DNA from: Octopus sinensis
Lineage: Eukaryota
Length of the DNA stretch: 64,000 bases
Reading direction: 5' to 3'
Assembly: GCF_006345805.1 (NCBI RefSeq)
Contig: NC_042999.1
Span: forward strand, 89,652,001-89,716,000
Under the pieces are notes generated by a model that saw nothing but the letters and a program-made list of their open reading frames with translations, ran no database searches and was not told where the DNA came from. How positions within the stretch are numbered: the first letter of the stretch is position 1; each line of letters starts with the position of its first letter. This document shows positions 62,672-64,000 of the stretch, piece after piece. Both the position numbers and the translations under genes were made by a program.

Positions 62672-64000
62672 CAGTAGTACTCCGGTATTCGCGAGGGTTA
62701 CGTTTCTAGAGCATCCGCGAATAGTGAAAAACCGCGAATATTGGACGTGGTCCAGAAAAATGCTTATAAATGTCAAAATATAAAGTAAAATATTATATAT
62801 ATATATAATGTTTTATAATAATTTAATAAAAATTAAAGTAAAATGTACTGTTACTCACCAATAGTGAACGATATTGATTTAAGACGATGATGATGAAAAT
62901 TGAAAAGGCAATAACTGCACAGCAAAGATTTAAAATTCTTTATGTGACACCTCTTCTTCGGGTGTATTAGGGGATGTCGTATATTTGTGTAAGGCTTTCT
63001 TGATGGGCTTGAGGAACATTGTGATGAGAAGTTGCTTTCGTTGTTTCTTCATGGTAGGGAGGAGAGTTTTATATGTCTGCATGGCAGCATCGATGACATT
63101 TTTAAATTGGAGAGACTAAACCATATACGGATCCCATGCTTCCGTCTTCCCTTGCAATTCCTTTGCTGTCCTTAAAAGGTCGGACAGACGTTCGATTGCC
63201 AGGTCCACCTCATCCACCTCTTCCTCTGGATCTGGCGCTTCCTCCTCCTCCTCCTCCTCCTGGCAGACTTCGTTAACTCCAACAAATCTTCGTCTGTCAG
63301 GGTTTCAGCGTGGGCTTCGACGAGGTCGCTGAACTCATTTTGTCGTCAAAATATTCGCCACCAAGTACCTATGCCAATTTCACCGCATTGTTGACAGCCT
63401 CGTGTTTTTCATGTCTTTCAGAGCAGCGTGGATAACTGACAGGTATGATGCGATCATGAAGTTACGCCAATACTCCTTTAACTTGAAATTCTTGTTCGAA
63501 TCCATTGCGTCCATAAGGTGTTGGAGAAAGTTCCGAGTGTAAAGTGCCTTGAAGGTACTGATCACGCCTTGATCTATAGCCTAGATGAGGGAGGTGGTGT
63601 TGGCAGGGAGAAACTCAACTTACACTCGCCCGTGATTCAAATCCAAAGAGTCTCACCAGCATTATCCATAACATGCAACTCCTTGCAAACATTTTGGAGG
63701 TATTCATTGGTTTGAGGGATGAAGCATTGCTAGACCCAATTCAAAGTCAGACTTTTGGTAATCCAGGCCTTTGGGATGTGCAACCAGTGGACAGGCAGCA
63801 GATTTTTATTCTTATTTTTGAAGGCCCTCGGGTTCGCGGACTTGTAAATTAAGTCCTGGTTTCATCATGAAGCCATCAGCATTACCACGCGTAATTAGCA
63901 TCTCTTTGTCCTTCTGTGCCTTAAAAGCTGGGACTCTGGTTTAGTCCTTCATGATGTGCTTTCTGGAAGGCATCTCCTTCCAGAAGAAGCCCGTTCATAC
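62672..64000 (-). mobile_element. Tigger/pogo transposon (DDE_1 transposase), runs off the window
   Basis: TA then CAGTAGTACTCCGGTATTCGCG TIR; FKAQKD, KAWITK, MDNAG, FLPANTTSLI.AIDQGVISTFKALY and an acidic tail; multiple stops. Confidence 0.9.

Overview
AT-rich, microsatellite-saturated eukaryotic DNA. The SINE, LINE and DNA-transposon families look like those of an octopus (cephalopod) genome; this is inferred from sequence recognition, not a search. Most of the window from about 5 to 39 kb is intron of an uncharacterised, multi-exon, minus-strand coiled-coil gene that I reconstructed from splice sites and reading-frame phase. It includes a 9-nt microexon and GC-AG donors. The rest is decayed mobile DNA: at least six R4/Dong-type RLE LINE pieces tied to (AAT)n tracts, CR1/L2-like and RTE LINE remnants, Penelope-like elements, Gypsy fragments, Tc1, mariner, Tigger, a piggyBac-type MITE, Helitron helicase fragments and many tRNA-derived SINEs. 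The top unexplained signals are: (1) a complete type I hammerhead ribozyme fold at 12201-12299, with further degenerate hammerhead cores in Penelope-like termini; (2) a 243-bp near-perfect palindrome centred on a (TA)n tract; (3) a perfect 138-bp inverted repeat around a Penelope GIY-YIG remnant; (4) a ~500-bp non-coding element that shares the (AAT)n target of the R4 LINEs. No CRISPR array, rRNA or true tRNA gene is supported. TE boundaries are approximate (tens of bp). Exon and hairpin coordinates were counted by hand.
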